From Anthoceros angustus (taxonomy: Eukaryota; Plantae; Anthocerotophyta): a stretch of DNA of 64,000 bases. Positions 11,794 through 24,238 of the stretch are shown in pieces (the stretch's first letter is position 1; the number at the start of each line of letters is the position of its first letter). The notes under the pieces were generated by a model. The model was not told the DNA's origin. It made no database searches and worked only from the letters and a program-made list of their open reading frames with translations. The stretch is taken from contig MU008151.1 in assembly GCA_010909165.1 (NCBI GenBank), forward strand, positions 1,054,001-1,118,000, read 5' to 3'. Made by a program: the position numbers and the translations under genes.

Positions 11794-13886
11794 TGTGGAA
11801 GACCACATGTACACTAACCCTCCCCGACTATTTGAATGTTTTTTTGTTTTTCTCTTATGTTTTGTGTGATGGAGTGCTTAGGAAATGTCCGAGGCAAGGC
11901 CTTTTATATTAAATGGTCCTTGGCCCATGACAATATTACTTTTACAAATAATTAGTCCTTGGGCCTCGAACTGGAATATCGTGCCGCTAGAAGGTCCTTG
12001 GACCTTGGGATTTTAGGAATAAAATTGTCTATATAAGGTGGGGATCCTTCATTCAAAGAACGGGGCCTGTGAACAAGTGGAGACTGCACCTCCGGAGAAG
12101 TTCGAAGCTAGCGGAGAGGTATAAGCGGAGAGAGGTGAGGCTAGGGCAGGTCAAGAGAGAGGCAAAACCAAGAAGAGAGCAACACCACATGGTCAAAACC
12201 CACTGCTAGAGCACACGGTGGTGGAGCCACCACGTCACAGCCACCACGGTGGTGGAGCCGCCATCGTCAAGAAGAAGGACCCAAGGTGGGGAAGCCACCG
12301 TCGAGCGCAGAGGAGGATGCAACCCCTCGATTCCGGAAGCACCACTGGATTGTCCACGAGCCGCATACCCTTCACAAAGTTGTGCTCGAGGAAATGAGCA
12401 AGGCGGAGGCTAGAGCATGGATGGAGGAACGCACTGGCCGTCAATGGAGGAGCGAGGAAACGCGCAGGGGCGAGAGACGGCGCCTCCTAGAGGAGTGAAG
12501 GGACCTGATAGCGGGAGTGAGGTGGAGATATTAAGGGAGGATCTTCGGATCGAGGGCAGGAGAGCGAGGGAACACCCATGGGCCGCAGGGGCTAGGCCAC
12601 AAGGGAGGCAAGGCTGATTTTAGAGGGAGGGCATCATAGGTCGAGGCTTTCACTTGGATTAGAGGATAAGGTGCTAGGAAGCTTGTGAATTTGTAGATAC
12701 CGAATTGGTAGGCGCGCTGTGGTAGGTTAGCCATCTTTAAACACCGGAGGTAGGTTAGCCATCTTTAGACACCGAAAGTGAGCTATGGCGCTGTGCGATG
12801 TATAAGAGACCCTTGAGTGTCTCTCTTAGACAATTTCGTGTGAGCCCCGTGTGTCGAATTTGTGCGCGTGGTTGGTTGGAGACATCCGATCGATGATGGG
12901 CTGATTCGTGTCTGTCCTCGCCACAAGAGGGCCGGGAGATCCTGGATGGTCGAGAGCGAGTGACCAAGCTCCGGGGTGACTAGTGGTGAAGGGTGCTCAT
13001 GCCAGAGAGGGAAATTCTGCAGGGACCGGGTGATCGGGAATCACCGTGGAGCCGACCACTGTTTTTTCCTTTCCCAACCCGCCTAACCAGATTGTGTCTA
13101 ATCCCAAGGAAGGGTCTCCCATCTGCCTAACCCAAGGATGTGCTCGAGGATCTGTCCCAAGGAGGGGTCTGTGGCCCAAGGAGGTCTGTGGCCCAAGGAG
13201 GTCTGTGGCCCAAGGAGGGGTCTGTGGTGGCCGAGCAGAGGGTGGGTGGCCCAAGGAGGGGTCAGGTGGCCCAAGAGAGGTCGTGGGCCCGAGAGAGGAG
13301 GATCTGGGAACATCTTGCGCGGTGGTGTATGAGGTCCCGGAAGAAAGGGGTGAGTGAGTCGTGAAGAGAGTCTAGGAAGTGGTGAGCGCGAGAGTCCGGA
13401 AAATGCGAACGCCGAGGAAGGTTGGGAATAAATTGTGGGGTCGAGGTGAGGAGGTGCCGCGCGGCGTGTGGGCCATGGTGTGCATCCACCGTGAGCTCGG
13501 GTGTGAATCCACATGAGTGTGACTTGGTGTACATGTGAACTGTGGTGCATAGGACCATAGCCCTTAACGAGCGAAAGGGGAACCGGGCGCCAATAGTCGA
13601 TCGACGCACGGCGCGCACCGGGTGGGTCCACCAGTGCCGATCCACCGCGGTGGCGAATCACCACGGCGGTGGCGGAATCCACCACGGCGGTGGCCGAACT
13701 TACCACTACTGGGCTTGGACCAGTAGTTGATTATGGCCGGGTAGGAACCGATTGTAGGAGGACTAGAATCCATAGTTTTAGAACATCTTGACACAAAACC
13801 ATTCCTTGGGATCGAATCCTAGGACTATAACGACATAGAGGGTAAATGTGGCCTCTTATGCTCTTGGGATGCAAAACCATTCCACA
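11794..13886 (+). repeat. 3' LTR of element A (2,093 bp)
   Basis: Termini TGTGGAA...TTCCACA form a perfect 7-bp inverted repeat. CTATATAAG near 12030. GTGGCCCAAGGAGG array at about 13155-13295. Confidence 0.85.
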
Positions 13887-13889
13887 CAT

Positions 13890-14770
13890 GGCTTGCTACA
13901 AACATGACGTGTTAATTGTGCATAAACTCTTTTGATTTAGAAAACTATGGGGGTTATTTGTTAATAAAACTACATTTTGTTGAATTTATAATGACGTGGC
14001 ATAAAGGATGTTGTAAAATTACTTGTAAAAGACGTTGTAAACCATGTTTGTTGTAGATGTGGTTGTAAATTGTGCAAGACTTGATTTTTGGAATAATACC
14101 ATTTATTGGAATATCTATGAATAGATTTATTATTTGCTGATGTGGCAAGTTCGTTGCAAATGATGTTGTAAATATGTTTCTCTGGATTTATGTTAGTTAT
14201 GGGATTATCTTTTTTTTGTATTCTTGACGTGTCACATGCATTGTAGCTATGGTTGTAAAACGCATGAAAACCATTTTATATAAATATCTATAAATAAATT
14301 TATTATTTGCTGACATGGCAAGCTCATTGCAAATATCATTGTAAAATGGTTTCTCCAATTTATGTTATATTATTGGATTATTCATTTATTGTATATTCCG
14401 ACGTGGCATGCGTCGTAACTATGGTTGTAAAATGCACAAGCCAGCCAATATCCATGAATAAATATATTATTTGCTGATGTGGCATGTTTGTCGTAAATGC
14501 CTTATTGTAAAATTTTGGAAGAGACCTTTTCCTTATTTATGTAATTTATGAGGTTATATATTAGTAAGATTGCGATGTGGCATGCTTGTCGCAAATGCCG
14601 TTGTAAATATGTGGAAGAGACCTTTTCTGATTTATGTCATTTATGAGGCTATATATTAGTGAAATTGCCGATGTGGCATGTTCATTGCAAATACATTGTA
14701 AAATGTTATACAAATTTATCGATTTATAAATAGTGCCAGCATTGTAAATGTCGGTGTAAGAATTTTCCTA
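13890..14770. repeat. AT-rich degenerate tandem array (ATGTGGCA / GTTGTAAA motifs), resembling CACTA subterminal repeats
   Basis: Repeated TTATTTGCTGATGTGGCA...GCAAAT...TTGTAAA units; no terminal CACTA seen. Confidence 0.55.
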
Positions 14771-14779
14771 GCCAAGTCA

Positions 14780-15770
14780 CAAAACGAGGCATGCATCTTG
14801 GCATCGTCCACCAGAAGCCCACAAGCACGGTTATCCAAATGTCCTCTTTGCACAAGTGAGTGCACCGCCTTCCTGAAGGCACCAATGCTTGCACATGCCT
14901 TCAAAAGGCAAAAGTAACCTCATCACCACAAGTGGCCCTCCTGTTGCATTCGTCCATACAAAAATAGCGCCTCTTGACCAAGCCCTTTTCCATACCCAGA
15001 ATCGTGGCATTCCAAGTCACCACATCCTTTGGGCTCAAGCATTCAAAAACTTGATGCGCATCTTCTACTTCGCCACACTTTGCCTACATGTCCACCGTGC
15101 AAGTGCCCACAAGTGTGTTATCTTGTCCTCTCACAACTGTGAGTGCACACCGCCTTCATAACTTGGCACTTGCGTTTGCACAGCCTTCTAAGGCAAGCAA
15201 AGGTAACATGGTTGCCCACAATCGGCCCTCCTTCTCCATTTGTCCATGAACAAGCGCCTCTTGGCCAAGCCCATGATTTGCATACCCAACTATCGGGCCG
15301 TCCATGTCACGACATCCTTCGCCTAACCTATCGAAAACCGTGTGCCTCTTCCATTCACCACGCTATGCGTACATGTCCACCAGAGTTGGCAAACAAGTTC
15401 GGTGGAATGTCACTGCAACATATCATGCCGCACTTTTCTCGCTAGATTCCGTGTCCACAAAGAAATGCACAAGCTTGAAGGGCTGCTACAAAGATGTGGG
15501 CATCCGCCTTCACACCAGCGACACATCGCATAGTAAAGTTGTATCGCCTCATTAGGCTCCCCATGTGTAGCATGTGCGGAGATTATTGAAAACCACATGA
15601 AGGGATTTGGTTTGCCCACCCTCCGTAGCCTACCTCCGGATACATACATCCGCAAGATATGGTTCCCCAAGTATGTGATTGACTCGTACCCAAGTTTGTG
15701 TGAGATCATGAACGCGTCATCCCACAACCATGTCCTTCTTATCTCGCACAAAGTTTTAGCACGACATATA
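14780..15770 (-). pseudogene. PLS-class pentatricopeptide repeat (PPR) gene fragment
   Basis: Frameshifted motifs: LGNHILRMY, FMWFSIISAHATHGEPNEAIQLY, KDVVTW, GLGQEALFLYGRMQQEG, LLKACASIGA. Confidence 0.85.
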
Positions 15771-15864
15771 AGATGGTGAGGAATAGAATAGTCTATCTAC
15801 GCTAGATTTTCTGAGCTCCAACGGCCTCGAAGCTTTCCTACTCACATAACGTCGATGGTTACAG

Positions 15865-16603
15865 TGTCACGACTCCCATATCCAATCCGGCACACCTCCT
15901 GTGCTCGGCTCACGGAGAGCTCGACTTGGAAGGAGAAGCACAATGACCCACTGCATATTCAAAGAAACAAGCTTCTCATCCAACAAGTCGGCTTGAACAT
16001 GTTGTTTAACCCGAGGACCTCACGGACTCCTTGCACCGAATGTCGTGAGCGAGAGCTCCACCTCGCCTAGTTTCCCACGCACAAGAGGGGAGTCCTAGGA
16101 AGTGGTGATGGGAGGATTACTTGGTGTGGTCACACCGAGAAGCGGTGGCCGCTCAAGTCCGCTGAGTCCGGTAGTCCTATCTATTCAAATAGGTAGGACT
16201 CAAGTCCTTGGTCTTTGGGGTTTAAGAAGACTCAAGTCCTTGGTCTTGGGTTTGAATGATGTTCCTTGGTCCTTGGGAAAGTAGCAAGTAGATAGAAGCC
16301 TATTTCGAGTCCTTGGTCTTCGGGGTTCGGAAGGATGTTCCTTGGTCCTTGGGAAAATGGTATGTAGATAGAAACCTAGTCCTTGGTCTTCGGGGTTTCG
16401 GAAGGATGTTCCTTGGTCCTTGGGAAAAGTAGCATGTAGATAGAAACCTATTTCGAGGGCCGAGGAAGGCAACTTCCTTGAACCATGGGAATTCCGTTTT
16501 TCTAGATATTGCATGTAGGGCTATATATACATGTTAGGTAGACTGCAGGGGGTAAAATTGGCCGAATCATCAAGGGCCTGGGTGTGAGCATGGTTAGGTG
16601 ACA
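15865..16603. mobile_element. Probable solo LTR (739 bp) with internal ~75-bp tandem repeats
   Basis: Termini TGTCAC...GTGACA (perfect 6-bp inverted repeat). TCCTTGGTCTTCGGGGTT...GGGAAAA...GATAGAAACCTA is repeated about 3 times at 16195-16460. Flanks TACAG/TAATT do not form a clear TSD. Confidence 0.5.
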
Positions 16604-16897
16604 TAATTTTAAACCGCATGCTTTCTAAGTGGTGTTTTGCATGACACAGATTTCTTAACAATTGAAATTATGCTCTATTTTGACCGATATTTTTAGGGCT
16701 ATTCGTTTTAACTTCATAGATATATTTAAGTTTTTATATTTGGAAAATTAATTTATTTGATGCTCTATTAGATTAAGTCTTGCTAGCATATGCTAGGGAC
16801 AATTTATTAACTTTAAACTCGTAGTATTGACCTTGAGGCAAGGGAGGCGTGAAGCGAAGCAAGGCGGGATGCCTCGTCCACACTTTAAAAAGGATTG
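16604..16897. mobile_element. Possible end of a hAT-type MITE
   Basis: AT-rich body, then GAGGC/AAGCG/AGGCG repeats and a CTTTAAAAAGGATTG terminus, resembling plant hAT subterminal structure. Confidence 0.3.
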
Positions 16898-18329
16898 ATG
16901 AGGTTATCCACTTTCCTTATTGATACTCCTAATGTGAGACTCACAAGCATTTAGTTTGTGCATGCATCACGCCGAATCGCTAGCTCAACCTTGACGAAAG
17001 GCGGTGAGGACGGTTGTCGGCGCAAGTCCCTACATCTTCACTAGAGCTATGTATTCACGGGCAGCCAGTGTGGCCGGCCCAGTATTTAGCGTGCCCATAA
17101 AAGAGCCGCATGAGGTCGGGAAACCCAGTTCTTACACGGCCGGTTGTGGCTAAATGTAGCCTGCAGCAGCATGGTGGCTGCGTAACTTTATCTTGGGCGT
17201 TTGGGGCCGGGTGCGTCTGGCGAAACTTCTGGAAACGTGGGCCCCATGGTGGCAGGCGGTCGTAGCATGACAGCGAACGCCGATAAAGGTACTATAAGCG
17301 CGCGACTTCCCATTTTGGCCAGTCGGTAGGGGCGCGCCACAATCCCGTGCAGGTCGTTGTAGTAAGGTCCGTTCTCAAGAGAATGATAGGTACAAATTGG
17401 CCCACGCTTCAGCGGCTTTCTCACCTCCGTAGTACCGTTTTGGACTCCACACACGCATCGCTTTTACTGACTAACTTCCCGTGAAACATTCACGGTGGGC
17501 TCGCGTAGCTGAACGCTTATGAGACCGTTCACCGCGTCAAGTCATTCAAGTTTGTCACTGAATCCCTCTAGTCCGCTCCTCCCACCATTCACACTTCACT
17601 CATTATCCTTGGGGAAAATTTGGTGGCTGGCGGGTCGTGACCTCCTCCGCCGTGCTGTGCCTCTCCGTCCGGCTCTACGCCCTCCATAGTTCCTCTCCGC
17701 TCACGTTGCCCGGTCCGTCTGACCGGTCACCGCCGGACGAGCGGTCCCGACGCCTTCCCTCGCACACGCCACCACATGTTAGGGGTCCGCCACCGTGACC
17801 TTGACCGCCTCAGCCCGGCCCGCCGCTGACTCAGACTCACGCTAGCAAGAAGGCACGCAAAGGGCACTGCAGAAGACGCTGCATCAACACCAAGAGAAAG
17901 ATACTTTTACTTAGAGCGACTTTCACTTTTATACTACATCAAGATCGGCCTTTTTATTACACCCCTATTCGAAATGATGGTGCAGGTGCGCCCTAATCGG
18001 CCGCCTACTATTTCCCCTATTCCACCCATATCTACGCCAAGCAGGTGGGCTGCCCCTCGACCGCCTTGGCATGGAAAGTGCCTGCCTCGAACAACCGCGG
18101 GCGCACCCAATCGGATGATCCGCGAGGCGGGCCCCTACCTCCCCCGAGGTTCCTGTCAGCCGCTCACCGTGGCGGCCCGACACCTGGCAAGGTCACCACT
18201 AAATCCTCCCCCCGTCCTCTCTTATCTCTCCGCGGCCTTGTACCACTGGGCCCTCCAAGAGAAGGCTCATCGATTGGCTGGTGATTGGTGGCTCTCTCCG
18301 CCCCCTCGACAGGTCGGACTTCGGGTCTA

Positions 18330-18735
18330 GTCTAGACTCAGGAGGCCGACCTCTCAGGTCCGATCTTCTTCTTGGGTCCGGACCTGGGTCCTGGCTTCTT
18401 TACGAGTCCCGGGACCTCGGGTCCGGGTCTTGTCACTAGAGTTCTGACCTCCCGGAGTCCAGACCTCGGAGTCCGGAATTGTGGTCCTAAGTCTCACATC
18501 ACTAGAGTCTGACCTCTAAGTCCAGGACTTTCAGAGGTCGGACCCCGGGGTCCCGGACCTGGGTCTCGGCCGAGTCCCGACCTCGTGGTCCCGGCTCACT
18601 AGAGTCTGGACCTCCGAGTCTTCTTCGAGTCCGGACTGGGTCCGGCTCATCACTGAGTCCGGACCTCTAAGTCCAGGACTTTCAGAGGCCGGACTGGGTC
18701 CGGCCCAGTGGAGTCCCACAAAGTCCAGGACTCCA
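18330..18735. repeat. Degenerate GAGTCCGGACCT-type short tandem array
   Basis: Many GAGTCC/TCCGGA/GGACCT units, plus a repeated ACTAGAGTCTGACCTCTAAGTCCAGGACTTTCAGAGG block. Confidence 0.8.
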
Positions 18736-18869
18736 CGAGCACCCGGTTTGCCCTCTGGGCTTATCACGGGCTCACTGCCCAGGCCCTCCGTGGTTCCGGT
18801 TTCTGGATGCCCTTCTCACGGCCTCCCAGGGGTTCCCTGCCTCTGGATGCACCCCTTCCACCGCCTCCT

Positions 18870-20573
18870 CCCTGTGGCCCTCCTCCCTTCCTTCCGCGAA
18901 GGTGCAGTGTGCTTACCTCCGGCAGGATCTTCCCCGCCCCGCCTCCGCCTCCCCTGCCACCGCCGCTGATGTTGCCAATGGCCCTAAGGTCCCCGTGGTA
19001 TGCTATCCGGACCTTCCTCCTCGCCTCCTCCTTTAGACCCATCTGAAGTCCGCCCACCGCTAGGGTGGCGAAGACCTCCAGCCTTTTGAGAAGCTCCGCG
19101 CGGTAGTAGGCAAAGTCGGAGATCGACTTGGAATTGCCTCCTCCACATGGGCCCGGAGCGCCTTGCAGCATTCTCCTCACCTCGAGGTGCTCCGGCACTG
19201 GCGTGGTTGTCCTACCGCCTCTGCCTGGCCAGCCACAATTGAAGCCGGGCACTTTGATGCCGCCAAGGCGGCCTCCGACACCTCCTCGCAGCCTTTGTCG
19301 CTACTCGACGTGCTCCTCCTCCTTCGCCGGGCACCTCCACCAACTTGCCGCCATGGACTGAGCTCCTCCGCCTCCGCAATCGGACAAGCAGCCTTTGCTC
19401 CTCCCGCCGGGCCTCGCCCTCCTGCTCATCCTTACCGCAGGTCCGCCACTTTCTTTCTCCAAAGGGGGCTTCGTGATTCCGCCCACCTCGGCTTCCTCCA
19501 ACTCTTCTTAGCCCCTGCGACGCTCCAACTCCTTGGATCGCCGCCATTTCTCCTCCGCCTCGTCAGCGGCCGAGGCGCCTATCTCCTCAAGTCTTGGGTT
19601 CTCCTGCTGAGAATCCTGTGTTGCTCCCGACGCTGGCCTTGAGTTGCAGCCAAGGTGTCCTTGCCGCCTCCGCCTCCCCCGCCGCCTCCTCCGCTACTTG
19701 CAACCGCACACGGAGGTCCCCTATTTCTCGGTGTCAACGGCCTCCTGTGGCCCTCCTCCTTCCTTTCCGAAGGTGTGAGTGCTTACCTCCGGCAGGATCT
19801 TCCCCGCCCCGCCTCCGCCTCCCCTGCCACCGCCGCTGATGTTGCCAATGGCCCTAAGGTCCCTGTGGTATATCCCCGGACCTTCCTCCTCGCCTCCTCC
19901 TTTAGACCCATCTGGAGTCCGCCCACCGCTAGGGTGGCGAAGACCTCCAGCCTTTTGAGAAGCTCCGCGCGGTAGTAGGCAAAGTCGGAGCCGACTTGCT
20001 GAATTGCCTCCTCCACATGGGCCCGGAGCACCTTGCACTCTCCTCCGAGGTGCTCCGGCACTGGCGTGTTGTCCGCCGCCTCTGCCTCCGCCAAGGCTTG
20101 AAGCCGGGCATTTCTTGATGCCGCCAAGGCGGCCTCCGACACCTCCCCCGCACCTTTGCCGCTACTCGACGTGCCTCCTCCTTTCGCTGCCAGCCCACCA
20201 ACTTGCCGGGCCATGGATCCGAGCTCCGCCTCCCGCAATCGGACAAGCAGCCTGCTCCTCCTCCTCCAGCGCCTCGCCCTCCGCTCATCCTTACCCGCAG
20301 GTCCGCCACTCTTTCTCCAAAGCGGGCTTGATCTCCGCCCGACCTCGGCTTCCTCCAACTCTTCACCCCGCGACGCCCAACTCCTCGATCGCCGCCATAT
20401 TCTCCTCCGCCTTCGTGCGGCCGAGGCGCCTATCTCCTCAAGTCTTGCCTCCTGCTGAGAATCCTGTGTTGCTCCCGACGCCTTGAGTTGCAGCCAAGGT
20501 GTCCTGCCGCCTCCGCCTCCCCGCCGCCTCCTCCGCTTCTGCAATCGCACTGAGGTCCCCTATTTCTCGGTGT
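18870..20573. repeat. ~850-bp tandem duplication inside family E copy 1
   Basis: CCTGTGGCCCTCCTCC...GCTTACCTCCGGCAGGATCT starts at both ~18871 and ~19744; both units end CTATTTCTCGGTGT. Confidence 0.9.
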
Positions 20574-21497
20574 GGCCTCCATCTCTTCCTCGCGGCTTGC
20601 TGCTTGCTCCGCCACTGTCACCTTGGTTATTCAGGCATGACCCATGGCTTTCTCCACCGGCTCCGATCACGGTAGTGATCCCACGACCGCCGCGCCTCCG
20701 CCTCCCGCGCCGCCTTCACCAGCCTCGGTCACGGTGTTGATCTAGCTGAGCCACCTCGGCCGTGTCAAGCTGGCGTTTCTCACCGCCTACTCGACCCTCC
20801 GCCTCCTTCGCTCGCCCTCGGGTTTGCCATAGAGGTCTTAGCCCGTTTATGCTTGGGCTCGCGACGCTTCAGCTGCATTCCCATAGCTTGATCTTGGTCC
20901 GGTCTTGTCAACCGCCTTGGGACCTCTCCTCCGCCTCCCGACGCTTTCTCCTTCCTCGACTGCAGGGACTCCGCCTGCCGCCGGGCCTGCCCATCCGCCT
21001 TGAAGTTCACCATCCTCCTCCCGGGTGGCTTCTCCACTTCTTGGGTCTTCTCCGCTATGCCGCAGAGGCCCCAAAGCATCCCTGGGTCATGATGGGGGCT
21101 AGTGGCCAAACTGCTTCTTCCACGGCCTGCTACTGAGATGCCTTCGTAAAGTCCGCTGTGGGCGCAATGGGTATCTCCCGGTCCGGGCTGGCAGGATCAC
21201 ATCGCAGCTCTTGATCCCGGGCCCGAACTCGGACTGGGCCTCTCCTGGAATCACCGTAGTAGGGCCCTTAGGTCCTAGCACTGAGGTCCGAGGCCTCTCT
21301 CTCCTTGGCCCTTCTTGGCCCCTAACTCTTCTCAGCCGCCTCCCCTTCTCCTTCCGGGCTTGGGGGGTGAAGAGACGTCAAGGCCCTTTTCCCTCTCCTG
21401 GGCTTAGAGACTCGGGTGACAGCTCCGCCAGTAGGGCTCCGGCCAAGGGCTCCCCCGCCTCCTGGGCCGCCCCTCTCCGCCCTTCAGCCCTTCGCAA

Positions 21498-24238
21498 GAC
21501 TAGTAGAAACAGAAACGGGGAATATGATAATACGGTTTTATAACGGTTTTGGGCTTATTTGTAGCGTTTGTGACGAGAAGTTAGCGATTTACGGAGTTCT
21601 GACTTGGGTCCCCTAACCCGGAGCCTAGCAAATGTTATAAAATTGTAACATGAAGTGGTGACAAACAAATTTGTTACTTGCCTGAGGTTCTGCAGTCCTA
21701 GGTTTGGTAACCTGGGTTATCAAGGTTTAAAACCCGGGTTACGACAAACCATGGTAGACGATGCGTGACATTTATGTCTCGCACGCCCCCAAGTCCCAAA
21801 TCAAAGGATCCAAGGATGCATATAATTATGCACATCAACGGCATTAGGATTTCGATTCCTTTGGGAACGGCCTTGTGCCGACATGTGGCATGTACATAGT
21901 ACATACTACACGCCATATTTATACATACATAAAATACATATGGCATAAATATATGCTTCTATAATATAAAAATATAGTAATAAAACAAAAATAGAGATTT
22001 TAATTCATCATAAAATGGGCCATGAATGATGAATGACCCATTCATAATGACCCATTCATAAATGGGTCATCATGAATAGGTCATGAATTATGGCCCATTA
22101 TTCACATCATGTATAGCCCATGTTGTGGGCCACGTTCTTTGGTTGAGATCCTAATAATAATTCTTGCCGGATATTTTGACTTATCGCTCATGACAAACTT
22201 AAGTGCCTTTGGATCGTTTGGGTTTTGGTCCACCAAGCTCGTTGCTTTGTCCTTTGGATCTTTTGCTTTGGTCCACTAGGCTCGTTGCTTTGGCCTTTGG
22301 ATCTTTTGGGTTTTGGTCCACCAGTTCTGCTTTCCCCTTAAGAGTACAGGGAGCACAAAACGTGAGCACACGCACAACAACTTGAAATCTATAACAGCAC
22401 AACTACATGAGATCTAGAATTCAAGCACAAAAACTTAAGAACTCGTCATGCCAAAGCTCACCGCTACGCCTTTTTTTCTCATGGCTGCTGCCCTTGCCAT
22501 TGTCCGTCTTCCTCCCCCACTGCCCTTCTTCCTCCCCCACTTTAGAAGTCGCAAAGAGATCATGAACTCGTTATTGGTTCTAAAGCAATTAGCAACAAAC
22601 AAAATAGTAGGCATGCCACTCTACACACACATCACAAGCACATTTGTGCTAGATTCCAAGGCTGAAGGATAGCATACAATTTCAGCATAGTGGAAAGCAA
22701 GACTATGGCTCCCATATGCATAACAACATAACCTACTCAAAGTCACAATTGTGATGGCGCCCATTCTCGATCCTGCAACCCTACTAGCTTGAAGCTTATC
22801 CGGAGAGTTGGACACAAAAGAAGAGGCTGCAACACCGCATCTGCATATCCAAGGAAACAAGCTGTCATCAACCCAATACCCTTCACAAATCAACAACATA
22901 CAATCGGTAGGTGCAAATCGGTGGGATCTAGCGCTCCCTTCACGAGCCGCCATATCTAAGCGGCACGCTCCGCACTGATATCCTCATTGAATTGCAAGCT
23001 TCATAATGAGCTCCCACTGTCCCCAAGGATCGCGCCTCCCCATCCCATTTGCAAGCTCAATGAGCTCCCACCGTCCCAAGGATCGCGCCTCCCCTTGGCG
23101 CAGAAGATGGCGCGCCTCTCCTCCACGCGCATGGGCTACAACCCCCGGAGGAGACACGGTGTTTTCAATGATGTTTAAAGGTTTTGAATATATTTATAAG
23201 CGAACAAGCTTCTTGTATGAAAATCACCTTCGTGAGTTGGTGTACACTAGACTTGCATAGCCGGTTGTCTTTGCGTCGGGTTGGAGTCAAGAGCATTTTA
23301 TTAATTAGAAATAATGCAAAAGGTCATGGGGTGCTACTATTATGTGGTCGGTCGGGTTCACTTGGAGCCAGTCTCATGGGGTTTCATGAGGTGGCCATTA
23401 TTATATTATAAATTTAAATTTCAAAGTCTTATTAGGTTTAATGAGGTGGCGGATATTATATTACAAATTTAAATTTCAAAGTCTCCTCACGGGATGTCAT
23501 GGGTTTGAGACAACCATCTATTATAATTGAAGTTTAAATTTCAAGTCTCCTAGACCTCCAAGTAGGTATTATATTTTAAGTCTCCTAGGGTTTAATGAGG
23601 TACAATTATTATATTTTAAGTGTCTCTTGGTGTTTATGAGGTTGCAACTTTATATTTTAAGTTTGAATTTCAAAGTCTTTAGGTTTAATGATGATATGGG
23701 TTCTAATATTGAATATTTTAATATTAAAATTTAAAAGTTAAATATATTAAATTTTAAGTTCAAATTTTACTTCTAGGGTTCAATTACTATTCGATTTATT
23801 TTATTTCTTCACTCCAAAGTTTAATATTATTAAAATCTAGAAATTATTACAGTTGGTGACGCATGTGTGGAGGGAAAGAAAGAGAATGTGATAAATGTTG
23901 AAGTAGGTGGCACTTTTCATGTGGAGAAAGGAGAGAAGGTAATAAATGTTAAGTTTGGTGAGATGTTGTAGTTGCTTTCTTTTGATATGGGAGATACCAA
24001 GACTAAGCAAAGAAGAAGAGAAATGGATGTAAGGGTGGGAGGCGGGACCCATATGTTATCATTTCAATTGCCTTTGAACATGTGGCACTTCCATTCCATG
24101 CCTCTCTCCCATGCCAAAAGTGTAATATTAAAGTGTTACAAAGTTAGGCTCGTGTCATGTCTCTCTCATGCCAAAGTTTGTTACGCTTTTGAAGACCATT
24201 ATAACCATCGGTAATAAAAGCATAACATCCCCCCGTTT
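21498..24238. mobile_element. CACTA-like non-autonomous insertion with a damaged right end
   Basis: Left end GACTAGTAGAAAC (CACTAGTAGAAA-like) followed by GAAACGGGG; right end CCCCGTTT. CAA flanks both sides (21495-21497, 24239-24241). AT-rich interior with tandem arrays. Family E sequence resumes on both sides. Confidence 0.6.
23400..23700. repeat. ~55-60-bp AT-rich tandem array
   Basis: TTATATT...AATTTAAATTTCAAAGTCT...GGTTTAATGAGG repeated about 5-6 times. Confidence 0.8.

Larger units (their letters stand above)
9095..13886 (+). mobile_element. Non-autonomous Ty3/Gypsy (Athila/Tat-like) LTR retrotransposon A: truncated 5' LTR, PBS, gag, integrase tail, PPT, full 3' LTR
   Basis: 9095-10187 aligns with about 12893-13886, and both end TTCCACA. 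A PBS follows the first copy and a PPT precedes TGTGGAA at 11794. The internal region is only 1,606 bp. Confidence 0.85.
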
